Positions 1-13,119 of a DNA stretch of 64,000 bases are shown here, piece by piece. The position numbers and the translations under genes are program-made. The notes beneath the pieces were generated by a model. The model searched no databases, was not told where the DNA came from, and saw only the letters and a list, made by a program, of their open reading frames with translations. Each line of letters begins with the position of its first letter. Position 1 is the first letter of the stretch. The stretch is taken from NCBI GenBank assembly GCA_043228905.1, contig JBHGNT010000020.1, positions 3,224,001-3,288,000 of the forward strand, given 5' to 3'. The DNA comes from Azolla caroliniana (Eukaryota; Plantae; Polypodiophyta).

Positions 1-1700
1 GTCGTTTTGCTCGTCGTTTTGTGTGGACACATTCACATGATTGGAAGAGGGGGGTGGTAGGGTGAGAGGGTTGGTTTCCCCAGTTTCTTTGAGCCTTTGT
101 TCAAACTCGATCAAGCGGTTTTCCGAGGCCTGCCATAATTCCGTAGGCATTTTGGCGTGTTTGCGTGCTTGTTTGCTGCTGACTGCCATATCTTTGGCAG
201 CGCGGGTCAATTTATCCAATTTGCAATAAACCTCGACGAAGGCTGTGTTGAGGTCCGGTAGCTCGATCCGAGCACGCCGGGTTTTGGCTACGCGCTTCTG
301 GCCGATCTTTTGTAGCTGCGTCTCCTCGTCCGATTCGAGCTCATTGGCTATCGCCTGTTGGACCATCTGTTGTTCGGCATGGTGTTGGCGTCCGATTCGA
401 GCTCATTGGCTATCGCCTGTTGGACCATCTGTTGTTCGGCATGGTGTTGGGCCATGTGTGCCGTGACAACAACTTGGAGGCGGGCGAGGAAGTCGATTAA
501 CTCGTACGGCATATCGTGTTGTAGGATCACACCGAGCTCGTAGGACTCGGCGGGCAAGTCATTGAAGGTCATTACTTCCTCATCTGAGAACCGGGAAGGT
601 TGCCCTTGCTCCATATTTCCTGTTAAGGACAAGGCCTTATCCGTGAGAACATTGACGGTTTTGTCGGGAGCGACGACTAGTTGCAGGTTCTCAGCAGAAG
701 AGTACCCTTGAGTTTTTCCTTCGTTGTGGCATTGTAACCTGCGACATTTCTTGGTTGGGCTCCTCTGTGTGTCCGCTGCTTCTTCTTGGAGCCGTTTCGG
801 TTGCTCCACGGAGGACATTTCTACTATTGCCCGTGGTTGACCGAGTCTCCTTCTGGTGGTCCGGTCGTGAACTGGCCAATTTTAGTTTCGGTTTTTCCAC
901 CACAACAGATTACTTAGGTTTTTCATGCCCTCTTATGCTAATACTGTCTTCAACTTCCTGGGTCTTGGCATTAGGTATCGGCAGTGGCTAGGTTTTCGTT
1001 TCGCCTGATTGGTTGGGGCGGGGAGGGTGAGGGTTTGATGGGGCGTGGTAGTGGATTGGGGAGGAATAAAGCTCATATAAGAAGTGTGCTAGCATAGGCA
1101 AGAACTGTTTTCCTGTCTGAGAAGCCGACAAGTTGGCGCAAACTCCTTCCCTTGTGATGATTCCCCAATCGAGTGCACCGACTCTGTAGGGGGTGATGAT
1201 TATTCCCGCCTTCTTCCCCTATGTACTATATGCTTTTGCCAACATCGAGTACTTCCCGAAATGTGCTTCAAGGACGGTCTGAGGCAGAGCCTCAATGTTA
1301 TGTTCTCCCCCACGTTGCAGGCCCAACACCGACCGGATCTGATTGTTGGTGATCATGTCAGGATGCATGCCACATTCGATCTCCTATGCGTCAGGGTGAG
1401 ACGGTGCATCGACTACTTGGAGGTATCCACCTAGACCGTGCCTGTTTAACCAAGTGAGGAGCTCCTTGGACACTTTGAGCGGGCATGGTTGTTTTGGAAG
1501 GTGGAGAGGAAGAATAGTTGTGGGGGTAGAGAGATGGGGAGTGAGAGCAAGCTTCTGTGCAGGGATTCTGAGAGCGAGAGAGCTTTGGTGTAGAAGGCAA
1601 GAGAGTGTGAGGGCTTTGTGTGTTTGTGCGTAAGTGAGTGTTGTGCTTGTGGTGCCTTCCTTTATGTATGTACCTCGACTCATAATCTTGCCTGCCATAA
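1..1700 (-). pseudogene. Extra (accessory) ORF region downstream of integrase in the Gypsy element
   Basis: ORFs 1384-1698 and 348-818 are in the same sense as pol. Reading through stops gives LLTWLNRHGLGGYLQVVDAPSHPDA*EIECGMHPDMITNNQIRSVLGLQRGG..., homologous to 45158-45685. Confidence 0.7.
327..450. repeat. 62-bp perfect tandem duplication (327-388 / 389-450)
   Basis: cgtccgattcgagctcattggctatcgcctgttggaccatctgttgttcggcatggtgttgg occurs twice in tandem and frameshifts the extra ORF. Confidence 0.92.
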
Positions 1701-1929
1701 TAAGGTTTAAAGACCATGCGTCGAAAAACCGTTTGTACTTTCTTTTCTCGTGAGTCGTGCATGCTCCTTAAATACCTAACTTAGTGGGTCCTTTTTTTGC
1801 CCACATAGTATACAATTTCGGGGAGTAGGTGGGGTAATTATGGTGATTGGCCCCCGAGATCCTCTGTGGCACCTACCCTGGGCTGATCGTGGCCGTGTTG
1901 CTTACTGGCGAAAGGGTTTGGTGGGGTAT

Positions 1930-4900
1930 GGTCGAGATATGGGTTTAACCAAAACCCATTGACCCATTTCGGCATGATGTCGCCAGTTAGTGTCCTGAGC
2001 AGGAAAATTCCATTATATTCGTCAATAATATAGAAAGGTTTTGTCCACCGGAAACGGAGCTTTCCTGGTTTCGAACCGAGCCAAGTTTGAAAAACTAGGA
2101 CCGGTTTGCCAATTTTGAATGATTTCTTCGAGCCCTTTCGAGTTCGACCGACAAAGGCTTTCAGCTTCCTATGTCCATGTTCTATTTGGGCCAGACTGGC
2201 GATCCAATGTTCACCGAGTTCGAGTAATTGTTCGAGTCGTTTCTACTCAGACTCAGACTCAAGAAGTTATTCGGTGATTTGTACTTGTCGACTCGGACTT
2301 GGAACTCAATCGGCATGACTGCTTCCAAACCGAAGGCTAGACAAAAAGGTGTGTATTTGATACTCATTTTGAACATCGTCCGATACGCCCAGAGTGCACT
2401 GTGGAGCTTATCATCCCAATCGGTTCGATTTTCGTTCACGATCTTCTTGAGCTTGTTCTGCAATGTCTAGTTCATGGATTCATCCAGGCTGTTTGCTTGT
2501 GGATAGTACGATGTGCTTTTCTTATGGACTACCATGTAGTATGTTGTGAGATCTCGAATAAGTCGATTGAGAAAATCACCTCCTTGGTCGTTGACAAGCT
2601 CTATTGGGCAGCCAAATTGACACCATAAGTATTCGTAAACGAATTTTGCGGTAGACATGGCCGTGTTGTCGCGAAGCACCTTCTCTTCGACCCATTTTGT
2701 GCAATAGTCGGACACCACTATGATATATTTATTTCATGTGCGACTCACGATTGGTTTCCATGGGCCAACGAAATCCAAACCCCACTTCCGGAAAGGTTCT
2801 AATGGAAGAACCAGTTGGTGAGGCATTCAGGCTTTCTCTATGGGTTGGTTTGTAGAAATCATGGGCATCTTTTTGCGTGGTGGGACACCATAAGCCGCTC
2901 TGCCAAATTTTCCGAGCCGTGGTGTCTCCTGCATAGTGTCCCCCGGCAATCTCGTAATGTGTTTCTTGTAGCAAATCATCCTATTCGAACTACCACACCA
3001 CTCGGCCTCAGATGTCGTCCGAGCCCTTGTGGTAGAGAGTATTCGCGAAGAGGCAAAAATTTCGGTTGCGGGGTGCTGACCGCTTCTTGGCATCTAGGGG
3101 CAAATGGTCGGGTGGAAGTCCCGTGTTGACGAAATGAATCATGTCATTTATCCATCCATCCTAGATTTCGGCATATTGTGTGGTAGGGTCAATACTGAAA
3201 AAGTTGGCGTTGGGCAGATCATCGTATATGGTTTCGGCTGGTTCCCTTGATTCAAGCCAACTCAGATAGTCTATGACTATGTGTTGTTCTCCTGGTCGAT
3301 GGTGTAAGTCAAATTGGAATTCTTGTAGAAGCAACATGCATCATGCCAGTCGGTCGGTCAATGCTTGCTTTGTGACCAAATATAGTAAGGCCAAGTGATC
3401 GACGTGGAGCGTGAATTTGCGGCCGAGTAGATAGTGCCGAAATTTTGTGATGCTATATATCATGCCGAATGCTTCACGTTCCATTGTCAAATAGTTCCTT
3501 TCAACCGTTGAAAGTCATAGGATGGCATAATACACTGGCCGATACCAGTTCGCATGTGTCATTTGCATGAGGGCACTTCCGATGGGCATGTAAGAAGCGT
3601 CAACGAAAACGTGGAAGGGTTGTTTGTGACCAGTTAGGGGGTTGCACCAGAAGGGTGTGGGATAACATCACCTTGAGGGATCAGTAATCGTCTTCTTCCG
3701 CCGTTGTCCATCGAAACGGTACTTGATGCACTGTGGTGTGTAGCGGTGTCGCGAATTCAGCCAGGTATCGCAACATTTACTTGTGACACCTATCAGCTGA
3801 GGGCTTTGGCTATAGTCGGACCAAGGGCATTCAAGGTGGCTTGAACTTTGTCGAGGTCCTTAGCGATCCCTTCGCGACTGACGATGTGGCCCAACAGAGT
3901 GCCTCTAGAGACATAGAATGCACATTTCACAGGGTTTAGGCTTAGTGAGCTTGCCGACAACGATCGAGACAGAGGCGTAAGTGGTCAAGATGCTCAACTT
4001 GATGGCCATACAGGCAAAATCGTCGAGAAAGACCAGCATGAAGGCCGGAATGTAGTCGTCAAAAAGTTCGATGATGATACGTTGGAATGTGGACGACACC
4101 ATTTTTAATCCGTACATCATGACAACTACCACAAAAACACCCCATTTGGTTATGGAGGCCGTCTTTTCTTGGTTGTTGGGGTGCATGCGGATCTGATTAT
4201 ACTCGCAAAATCCATCTCAAAAACTATATTACTCATGCCCGACCACGACATCTAGCACCCCATCCGTAAACGGAAGAGGAAATGCATCCATGCTGGTCGG
4301 TGCGTTCAACGACAGAAACCCGTATTTGTCCATTTTTCTTTGGGACGATGACAATAGGGCTTAACCATGTTGCCCTCTTGAATGGTTGGATGAACCCCAC
4401 TCGGAGGAGTTTGTCGAGTTCCTCCTTCACTTTGGCAGCATAATTGGGATTCATTCTGTAGCGGTGTTGTTGTACAAGACATGCATCATGCTTAAGATGA
4501 ATCTAGTGCTGATAGTATTGTGGATCTAACCCCTTCATGTCGATGTACGACCATGCGAAAAAATCCTGGTATTCTGTGAGCAACCCAACCAATGTTGAGG
4601 GATCATCGGGAGCCAGTCTTTTGCTATTTTCAAGGTTTGTGGATCCGTGGTGGTGCCGAGATTGATCTCATCTACTATTGATGCCTTTACATGTTGCGAG
4701 ATGGGAAGTTCTCGTTCAAGCGCTTCGTGAGCATGCCACAATCCCTCGAGCGACTTTGGATCAAGTTCGGGGTTGATATCTTTCTCCTCGTTGGTTGGCT
4801 CGAAAATATAAGGCCCAACGGCTATTACGACATTGATATCAAACAGTGGGACAATTGTCGGGTGTTCCTCCAGGAAGTGATCAACTTCCTCATTGGCGAG

Positions 4901-5480
4901 TCCGTTAAGCATGTGGAGACCTTCCACATATAACAGAGTGGTGTCTTGTGGTGTGTAGATGTGCTACTCTGTGATGACATGGGCCTTGGTTTTCCCCCAC
5001 CGGAACGAGATCATATTTCGCTGCCAATGCTGCTTAATGTTGGCCGTGTGTAACCAAGGATGACCAAGCAACATCAGGTAAGCACCAAGAGTGTCGAGTC
5101 GTAACACCATTGCCGAAATCGTGAAGGTGTAGCCCCCAGAATAAAATCGAGGTGTCGAAATAAACCCATTGGTCGAACAGATCGGGTATCTACCATCCGG
5201 AGCCAAAACGGGCATGGCTCCCATTGGGTGATGCCGAGGTTGTGGCATGTGGCCTCACTAATGACGTTAACGACCACCATTGATAATGCATCTGTCAACA
5301 TGCCGCCCTTTGATGACGAGCTTCACAACGGGGTTCTGGGAGTCCATGACTTGTAGGCCTTCCCCCGGCTCGGCAAAGTGTACGGGCAAGGTTGTTGGCT
5401 CCTTCCATGTTACTAACGATGCCACCATATCTTTAAACCGTGAAGGTAATTGTAGAAGCTTTTGTAAGGGCATGGATATC
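1930..5480 (-). pseudogene. pol: Gypsy pol (protease, RT, RNase H, integrase), broken
   Basis: Domain motifs in ORFs 5267-5473, 4964-5301, 4233-4454, 3905-4186, 2729-2974, 2467-2718 and 2182-2463. Confidence 0.93.
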
Positions 5481-7305
5481 TAACAGCTTGTGAGTGCCTG
5501 CCAAATAGGGTCATTGTCCGGCGACCCAATGGGTTGTGAGGAGGCCGATCTACTGAGAGTGATATCGTTCATCTCGGTATGCATGTGATCGACGTTGACA
5601 TTATTTTCTTGCTCGATCCATTCCTTTGTGGCTTGCTGGATTTCGTCCTGGATTTCCCATTACATGTGTTGGGTCTTACTTCATGTGGTGACCTGTTGGA
5701 CTTCAACTGTAATTATATTCACTGCAAGTGCTTTTTCGTGATCATTTGCTGAGCACTGTGTGGCATAATGCCCTAGTTTGTTACAATTAAAACACGTCAC
5801 CGATGCCGAGTTGCTTGGTTCCCCTTGCTCGAATTCAAATGTTTGATACGATCGGGAATTTTCCTCTCTGGCTGGCGAAGCGTATTGTTGTGCTCGATGG
5901 GGAGGTGGTCGTTGATGATCTAGATGCGTGGGGTCTCGACGTCCGTTATCAAGATTTCTCGATTATTTCCCAATTGCCGAGGTCCTCGATTATAATGGGG
6001 AGGCCACCGATTGTGCCATTGATACCTTGGTTCGTAATAGTCGTCTTGATCGTAGTCATATTAGTAGTAGTCATCGGCTGGGCGATAACAGTCGTCTCTA
6101 TATCGATATCGATCATCCTCAGGTCGACGCCTATTGTCCGGCCGGTAACGCTCTTTCTCGGGTCGGTACCGATTATCCCGGTGATAATGATCTTCCTCAG
6201 GTCAGTAACCGTCATCACATCGATTTCGGTCCGCGTACCAAGGCCACTTGGCATCCCGATTCCGAGGAGGTGGGCGATCATTGCGGGGCTCGATTTGGCG
6301 GACGGGAGCGGTAGCGGTGGGGTTAAGCATATTGTATTCACACTGCTCTACCATATGCAACCAAGAATGACAGATCGGGGAGTGTGGATGAAGAGGGTAA
6401 TCTACGACCGAGTGGCCGAAATTGGAGCATGACGTACATTGGAGAGCCTACCGGAATTGGGTTTCTTCGTGGGTCGGCAAGGCGTTCTGGAGTGATCCCA
6501 TCGAGAATGAGGTATTATGTTGAGTTCTATTGACAACAAGGAAGCAGGCGACCACCTGCTCGATTGTCTATTGTGAGAAATCTGTTAAGACTAGAGTTGT
6601 GCACAGAGGCTCCAATAGTCCTACTAGGAAGGTGTATTTGAGATGATTTGCGAACACACATTGAGCGAGCTGCCGATATAGATCCTGGAATCGGATCGTG
6701 AACTGTTAAACCATCCCATGCGGTTCTTGTGCAATAGCATCAAAGTGTCAAAGTCCGGGTCTTCGGGTAACACCGGACATTGGTTGTAGTCGGCTTAATT
6801 AACTTCACGAAGCTGGTGAGGCGAAACGGGGTCAGGGCCCACCTTCGACTGAGTGTCTGGTGCCGGTGGTAGTCGGGGGTGCGATTCAGATGGCTTGGGC
6901 GATGATTGCTACGTAAGAGTGGAGCTAGAAGTTCCCTCGGTTGGCTCGGCGCGGCGGGATGGTAACTGAGAACACGTGATGTGGTTGGGCGGTAGAATGA
7001 CGACTAGGGTGTCCTCCTACGTTGTTCCCTGCGACCTCACAACATGAACCGGGCATGCCAATTTGTGTCGTCTCCGCCCTCAGAGATACACCTTCGACTA
7101 CTCCCCTTAGTAATCGGGTCAAGGAACTGTGGTTATGTAGGAGAGCATGATAGGGCCGAACAGGCCCTATTGTTATGAAATGGCTGGTCGCAAACGGTCG
7201 TATGACGTATGATTTATGAATAAGACAAAACCGAAAAGTAAAAATGAAGATGGAAATGACACCGAAATGACACAACCAAGTATATGTTTATGTATATTAC
7301 TGCAT

Positions 7306-8191
7306 TGTCGTGAAGATTCCGGGCCATGGTGAGAAACCGGGGAATATCGGAAGAATCGGTGGAGTGCATCATGTGCACTTACCCTTGTAAAAACATGTAA
7401 ATAATAGGGGTGCCTTTATGGCACCGAGTAGGAGTCAATTCGGGACAGAGGATCCTATGTAATAAGGGATTTATCCCACATTGTTACGCATCCCTCTCCT
7501 TGTTCTATAAAAGGAAGCCTTTGTGAAGGGGTTGCCCGTTTTGAGTTAAGAGGGTATACCGTTAGATTTAGGGTAGTTCTTGGTCTTTATCTTTCTCTTA
7601 TTCCCTTAGGGATTGTACTTTGGTCTTTCACCCTACTTCGTTTTAGGGTTTCATCTTGGTAGCTTTCTTCTTCTCCATGGTGTTTGTTTAGGGTTTAGTC
7701 TGGTGAAGAGCTTGTATGTTCAGTGGGGTTTGCTTCTGCTCGGTCTCTTGTGCAAGACCCTGCTCGGCGCGACGAGCCCGAGAGCTCCCCGATCGACGGC
7801 TTGGCAACAGACGACTGTTGTAACCTAACCTACCTTGGTCCGTCTTGAAGCCGGAGTTGTATCTTGATCTTGTAATTATATATATAACAGGTTGTGCATA
7901 TTTGTGTCTCTATTGGTGTCGGATGCGTTTCTTTCCCTTTGTTTCTGTACATAAGGGTGTGAGTTAGGCTCGTGTTGCGTGCGTGTGTGCTCTCTCTCTC
8001 TCTCTCTATCCATCTCGGCCTCTTTTTTGTTCAGTAGCCTCTTGCACCCAAACCTGTAACGATCCGGTTTGGTGCTACTCTCGTGCGACCGGTCACGGAG
8101 GGAGTCAGTCTCTCGGTACCCTCTACTCCCTAGTCCAAGACCCCCGCGGTCCTGTCTTGGATCCTACACGTACTCGCAGAATATCGCGACA
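7306..8191 (+). repeat. 5' LTR of the gag-only element
   Basis: Starts tgtcgtgaagattcc and ends atatcgcgaca. Contains TATAAAA at ~7506. Repeated at 11007-11895. Confidence 0.92.
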
Positions 8192-8195
8192 TATT

Positions 8196-8211
8196 TGGTG
8201 AACCAGACATG
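8196..8211 (+). promoter_or_regulatory. Primer-binding site complementary to tRNA-Trp 3' end
   Basis: tggtgaaccagacatg vs TGGTGAACCCGACGTG (reverse complement of plant tRNA-Trp 3' end, recalled from memory): 14/16 match, 4 nt after the LTR end. Confidence 0.75.
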
Positions 8212-8900
8212 AAAAGGAAGCAAGGGAGGATGGAGTCGGAAGAGAATGACTTCGCGGAGATGATGGCTGAAGTGGTGTTGGAGTTCGGACGAGTGGTGAT
8301 GAGGCGAGAAGCAACGCAACAAGCTGTTGAGCGAGTGGTCAAAAGAGTCGGTCGTTTCTATGGGGACAAAGTCCCATTCTACTTGGAAGCCTACAACGCA
8401 GAAATGGAGGTGCGAGACATAGACGAGGTCACCGTCAGGTCTTCTGTCACCGTTGAGGCTGGAGTTCTTCTGTCAGGTCATCACCGTCCGTATGCACGCG
8501 GAAGTGAAGGAGCTTCGAGAAGCTCATAGTTCATGGGAGGCCTTCGAAGAGGCGCTCCTGCAGGCATATGGAGGACGGCGGAAGAGCCGGGGACAACGCG
8601 ACTTCGACTAGTGGGTTGCATCGGCGAAGACCCACCGGGGCACAACGAAGGTGTTTCGAGAGTTCGAGTGGCGGCTTGTTCGGCTCCTGGAGCGGGAGCA
8701 AAGTCTGGTGGGGGCGGACAAAGTTCTGTTGTTCGTTAGGTCGATTGACCGAGCGGAACGGGAGGCCATCGGGATTGAGCTCGAAGACGATGATGAAGCT
8801 AATGGCCTTAACGAGGACTGGTCAGAAGTCGAATGAGTATGCCGACGGTTGGACGAGGAGCGGTCCGCGAAAGGCAAAAGGAACATAACGCGCGACGACG
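8209..8900 (+). pseudogene. gag: Gypsy-type gag remnant
   Basis: GRFYGDKVPFYLEAYNAEM...SWEAFEEALLQAYG...LLFVRSID, read across frameshifts directly after the PBS. Confidence 0.65.
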
Positions 8901-11006
8901 TGTCATCACGGCAGGAAGCGGGCATGCAACAAGAAGGATCGGTGAAGCTCGATGTCAAAGCCTTGGTTCGGGAAGTGTACGAGGCTCTGAAGGCGATGGT
9001 TGAAGAAGAAGAGAGATCCGGCATGCGGACGGATTCCGAAGACTCAGAGCAAGTTGGCCTTCCGGACAAGGCGGACATGGCCCAGGCAGAGGCCGAAGAA
9101 TGGTACGACGGTACCACGGGAGGGGGTGTGGAGCGAGCCACCCTCTCGACATGTGGAGAAGGACGACCCGGGATAGGGTCGGGAATGACGAGAGGCCCAA
9201 GGAGGATCCTTCACACCGGATCTAGAGACTTCGGCAATCGCCAGCGGAGCCAACGTAAGACCAAGAGACTGGCGGTGGCTGTGAGGGGACGAAGGCGAAG
9301 GCAACGGATGGGCGATCCTATGGCGATCCTCACACCGATCCGGAGGCTCCAGCGGTTGGCCCGAGAGCCGGCGTGAGACCTAGAGAAATGGATGGTGGCA
9401 GTAGGTGAACAGGATCCCGAGATACGACAAAGGCAATGCAGATGGGCGATCCTACGACGATTGTCACACCGATCCGGAGACTCTTGCAGTCGGCTCAAGA
9501 GCCGGCATGAGACCTAGAGAGAAGGACGGTGGCGGTAGGGGAACGGGATGAGACAAAGCAAGGGACGAAAGAGCGGAAAGAGGTATCAGGCCGACGATGC
9601 GGCCACGAACCGGATACGGACACGACCGATAGTGTCGGCAAGACAAAGATCGGACGCGCTCGGTACACGAGTCGGTGACCCAACAAATCGGAGACCCAAG
9701 AAGGATCCTTGACACCTGTCCGGAGACCCCAGCAGTTCGGCCGATGTGGCAACGTGAGACTGAGGGTAATGGAAGGTGGCGGAAAGGGGACGAAGGCGGC
9801 AACAATAAAAGCACTGAATAGCCGAGGCGTCATGCGAACTAGGGAGGCCATGCGGGCCGGAATGTGGCAAGGGTGATCTTCCGGTAAGCTGCTGGGGACA
9901 CCCGGTCAAGGAGCGGTGCGCTGAGCCGGAAAGGGCACACCCGAAAGAGGATCGGAAGACGTCCGTGTGGCCATCGAGGGCCAAAGGAAAGCACGGGTAT
10001 GAGATGGCGTTCGGCACAGGCGGTGCCGAACCAGGAAGGCGGAAGACGGCACATGGAGGTGCTGGGAATGAGAGCACGGGCGCGTAGCATACTGCATGGA
10101 TTGGAGACTGGAAATAGGATCGAGTGCCCGAGAAGGATCCTCCACACATGCTTCGGAGATCTCGACGGCTCAGTCGGAGTGGCAACAACTGGCGTGGCAA
10201 GCCAAACTCGAGGTAACAAGATGGTGGGGCGAGGGGACGACGCCAAGCGGAAGGGTGAAACAACGCAAGACGGTGGCAGCAACGCAAGATGAAAGGGCCA
10301 AGCGGGCATCTATGGGTTGTTCCTCAAACGCGGAGGACACCGGACCGGGTATACGGGTGAAACAAAGGAGCACGATCTATGGGTTGTTCCTCAGACGTGT
10401 GCATGGGGAGTAACCGGAGTTCGGCACGGGCGGTGCCGAACACGAGAAGGGGATGTGCGGCACACAGAGGTGCCAGAGCGGGAATACAAGTGCGAAGGTG
10501 GGTTGCCGGCCCAGGTGATCTCGCGTAGAAGGCCGGAGAGGGATCCTCCACACCGGTTCTGGAGACCTTGGCAGTTCAGCTGCCGTGGCAACGTAAGACC
10601 AAGGAGAAGGTAGGTGGTGGTGAGGGGATGAAGGTGGTGGAGATCAGTGCGGAACGAGAACTGGGATAACGCAAAGGTCGACGAAGGCCAAGGGGGCCAT
10701 CATGGGTGCTCCTTGGATGGAGGACCCCGTGTATCCGAAGGGATGAGAAGCGTGCAAGCGGTTGAAAGAAGGGCTAGCGGGGAGGGACACGCACTATGGG
10801 ATCGCGACGAATGACCTATCTATGGGTCGAACAAGCCTACGGGGAGGCAAACGCGGAGAAGGAACCGGAGCCAACGGTTCGGACCGGCGAGGCCAACGCG
10901 CAGCCAGAATGCGGATTACGGAAGACCGGTTCCTCACCAGCCGGAATCTCCCACCCTTCTCCGAACTTGGCACGTACCGGTGGACGTGCGGTTTGGTGGG
11001 GGCGGA

Positions 11007-11895
11007 TGTCGTGAAGATTCCGGGCCATGGTGAGAAACAGGGGAATATCGGAAGAATCAGCGGAGTGCATCATGTGCACTTACCCTTGTAAAAACGTGTG
11101 AATAATAGGGATGCCTTTATGGCGCCGAGTAGGAGTCAATTCGGGACAGAGGATCCCATGTAATAAGGGATTTATCCCACATTGTTACGCATCCCTCTCC
11201 TTGTTCTATAAAAGGAAGGGAGCGCCCTTTGTAAAGGGGTTGCCCGTTTTGAGTTGAGAGGGTATACCGTTAGATTTAGGGTAGTTCTTGGTCTTCATCT
11301 TTCTCTTATTCCCTTAGGGAGTGTACTTTGGTCTTTCACCCTACTTTGTTTTAGGGTTTCAACTTGGTAGCTTTCTTCTTCTCCCTCGTGTCTGTTTAGG
11401 GTTTAGTCCGATGAAGAGCTTGTATGTTCAGTGGGGTTTGCTTCTGCTCGGTCTCTTGTGCAAGACCCCGCTCGGCGCGACGAGCCCGAGAGCTCCCCGA
11501 TCGGCGGCTTGGCAGCAGACGGCTGTCGTAACCTAACCTACCTTGGTTCAGCTCTTAGTCGGAGTTGTATCTTGCTCTTGTAATTATATATATAACATGT
11601 TGTGCATATTTGTGTCTATTGGTGTCGGATGCGTTTCTTTCCCTTTGTTTTTGTACATAAGGGTGTGAGTTAGGTTGATGTTGCGTGCGTGTGTGCTCTC
11701 TCTCTCTCTCTATCCATCTCGCCCTCTTTTTTGTTCAGTAGCCTCCTGTACCCAAACTGGTAACGATCCGGTTTTGTGCTACTCTGGTGCGGGCGGTCAC
11801 GGAGGGAATCAGTCTCCCAGTACCCTGTACTCCCTAGTCCAAGACCCCCACGGTCCCGCCTTGGATCCTACACGTACTCACGGAATATTGCGATA
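11007..11895 (+). repeat. 3' LTR of the gag-only element
   Basis: Direct repeat of 7306-8191 with scattered substitutions and small indels. Confidence 0.92.
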
Positions 11896-12189
11896 ACATG
11901 TAACGATTACATGGCTCACGACCAATAGTATTGTTCTCTCTTCCTCTCCTTAGAAAACATAAAATAAATCTTTATATATATATATATATATATATTCCGC
12001 GCTCCCTTGTATCGCTGCTCCATGCTTTATATAGCTTTTGTTTCCCTTGGACGCTCCAACCACTTCCTACTTATTTATGGCCTCTATTCTCGGTTGCGCG
12101 TATTTCATTTAACTATTTCCCTTCACGTTCGGTCGATTCTCCTTTTGTCCTACTTTACCTACTTGACTCTTTAGGTTTGTTTCACACCT

Positions 12190-13060
12190 TGTGCCCTTTG
12201 TCCCACGGATAACAACACTTTTATCCTTTCTTCTTGTCTCTTCATTCAGAATGCTTGTTTTCACTACTTGTAAGGACACGTTCTCTTCTTTCCAAGAGAC
12301 AGTAAGTGACACTACTAGGTTCTCCCAACTATCTATTAGAGTAAATAGTAGTAACAGGGCTTGCATAGCATCGTCTAATGGGAACTTCATTGATGCTAAC
12401 TGGTTTACTAGTCCAATGAAAGTACTGATGTGCACCACGATGCTCTCACGATCAATGTACTTTAGCCTCACTATTTTTCTCATTATGGAAGTTTTATTTA
12501 GGGCATTTTTCATTTCATACAGGGAAAAAATTTTATGCCACAACTCGTAGGCATTTGTATCACTTGCTACATGTTGTAGAATGCTAATGTCTACACATTG
12601 TCTTATGGTTGCCACAACCTTTCTATTTAGGACTTTCCACTCAAACTCTATTACCCTTGTTGGTATAACCTGCCTATCTATCGGCTCATACATGTCTTTG
12701 ACTATTAGAAGATCCTCCATCTTGATCTTCTAGTCAGCATAGTTATGGGAGTTTAGAACGATCATCCCTGGAAATCCACTTAAACTTCCTTCCATCTAGA
12801 ACCTATTGCTTTGATACCAGATTGAAATGATCTACACTTAGAGATGAACAACAAATATTTGAAAAACACAAGCAAATATTAGACTACACACGATTTACGT
12901 GGAAAAACCCTAAATGTAGGGTAAAAAACCACGGAACAAAGATTTCACTATGAGACAAGAAATACAAAACAAGGCAAGTTACTCTGCTCCTCAGCTTGCA
13001 AATGACAACCCAAATTTTAGAGATAGTATCACAATCCTCTCAAGGACAAACAATAGTTAC
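12190..13060 (-). mobile_element. gag: Ty1/Copia 5' fragment: LTR part, tRNA-iMet PBS (12808-12819) and gag
   Basis: ORF 12109-12720 is Tnt1-like gag (WKVLNRKVVATIRQCVD...LWHKI). PBS reads TGGTATCAAAGC on minus. LTR edge at 12823. Confidence 0.88.
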
Positions 13061-13119
13061 ACAATCATTGTTTGTTATTAAAACAAGATGATAATACAAC
13101 CCTTGCTATCTTCACTACT

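Larger units (their letters stand above)
1..7305 (-). mobile_element. Degraded Ty3/Gypsy LTR retrotransposon (gag-PR-RT-RH-INT plus extra 3' ORFs); runs off the left edge and is interrupted at 7306
   Basis: Minus-strand fragments lie in Gypsy order: gag (~6900-5700), protease (IINGG..WEPCPFWLR, 5473-4964), RT (WLSPIVIVPKKNG, FLDDF, 4454-3905), RNase H, integrase (HKKSTSYYPQAN, DWDDKLHSALWAYRT, 2974-2182). Many stops and frameshifts. Confidence 0.93.
7306..11895 (+). mobile_element. Non-autonomous (gag-only) LTR retrotransposon, ~4.6 kb
   Basis: Two ~0.89-kb direct LTRs (TG...CA / TG...TA), PBS at 8196, purine tract GGTGGGGGCGGA before the 3' LTR, broken gag-like ORF at 8209-8900, no pol motifs. 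Possible 4-bp TSD gcat/acat. Confidence 0.9.

Noticed and set aside
1015-1033. G-quadruplex motif GGGGCGGGGAGGGTGAGGG
   Set aside because: It is the complement of Pro-rich codons in the Gypsy extra ORF; nothing else supports a function.
8568-11091. Many overlapping ORFs on both strands
   Set aside because: Expected from GC-rich, stop-poor TE interior; no domain motifs.
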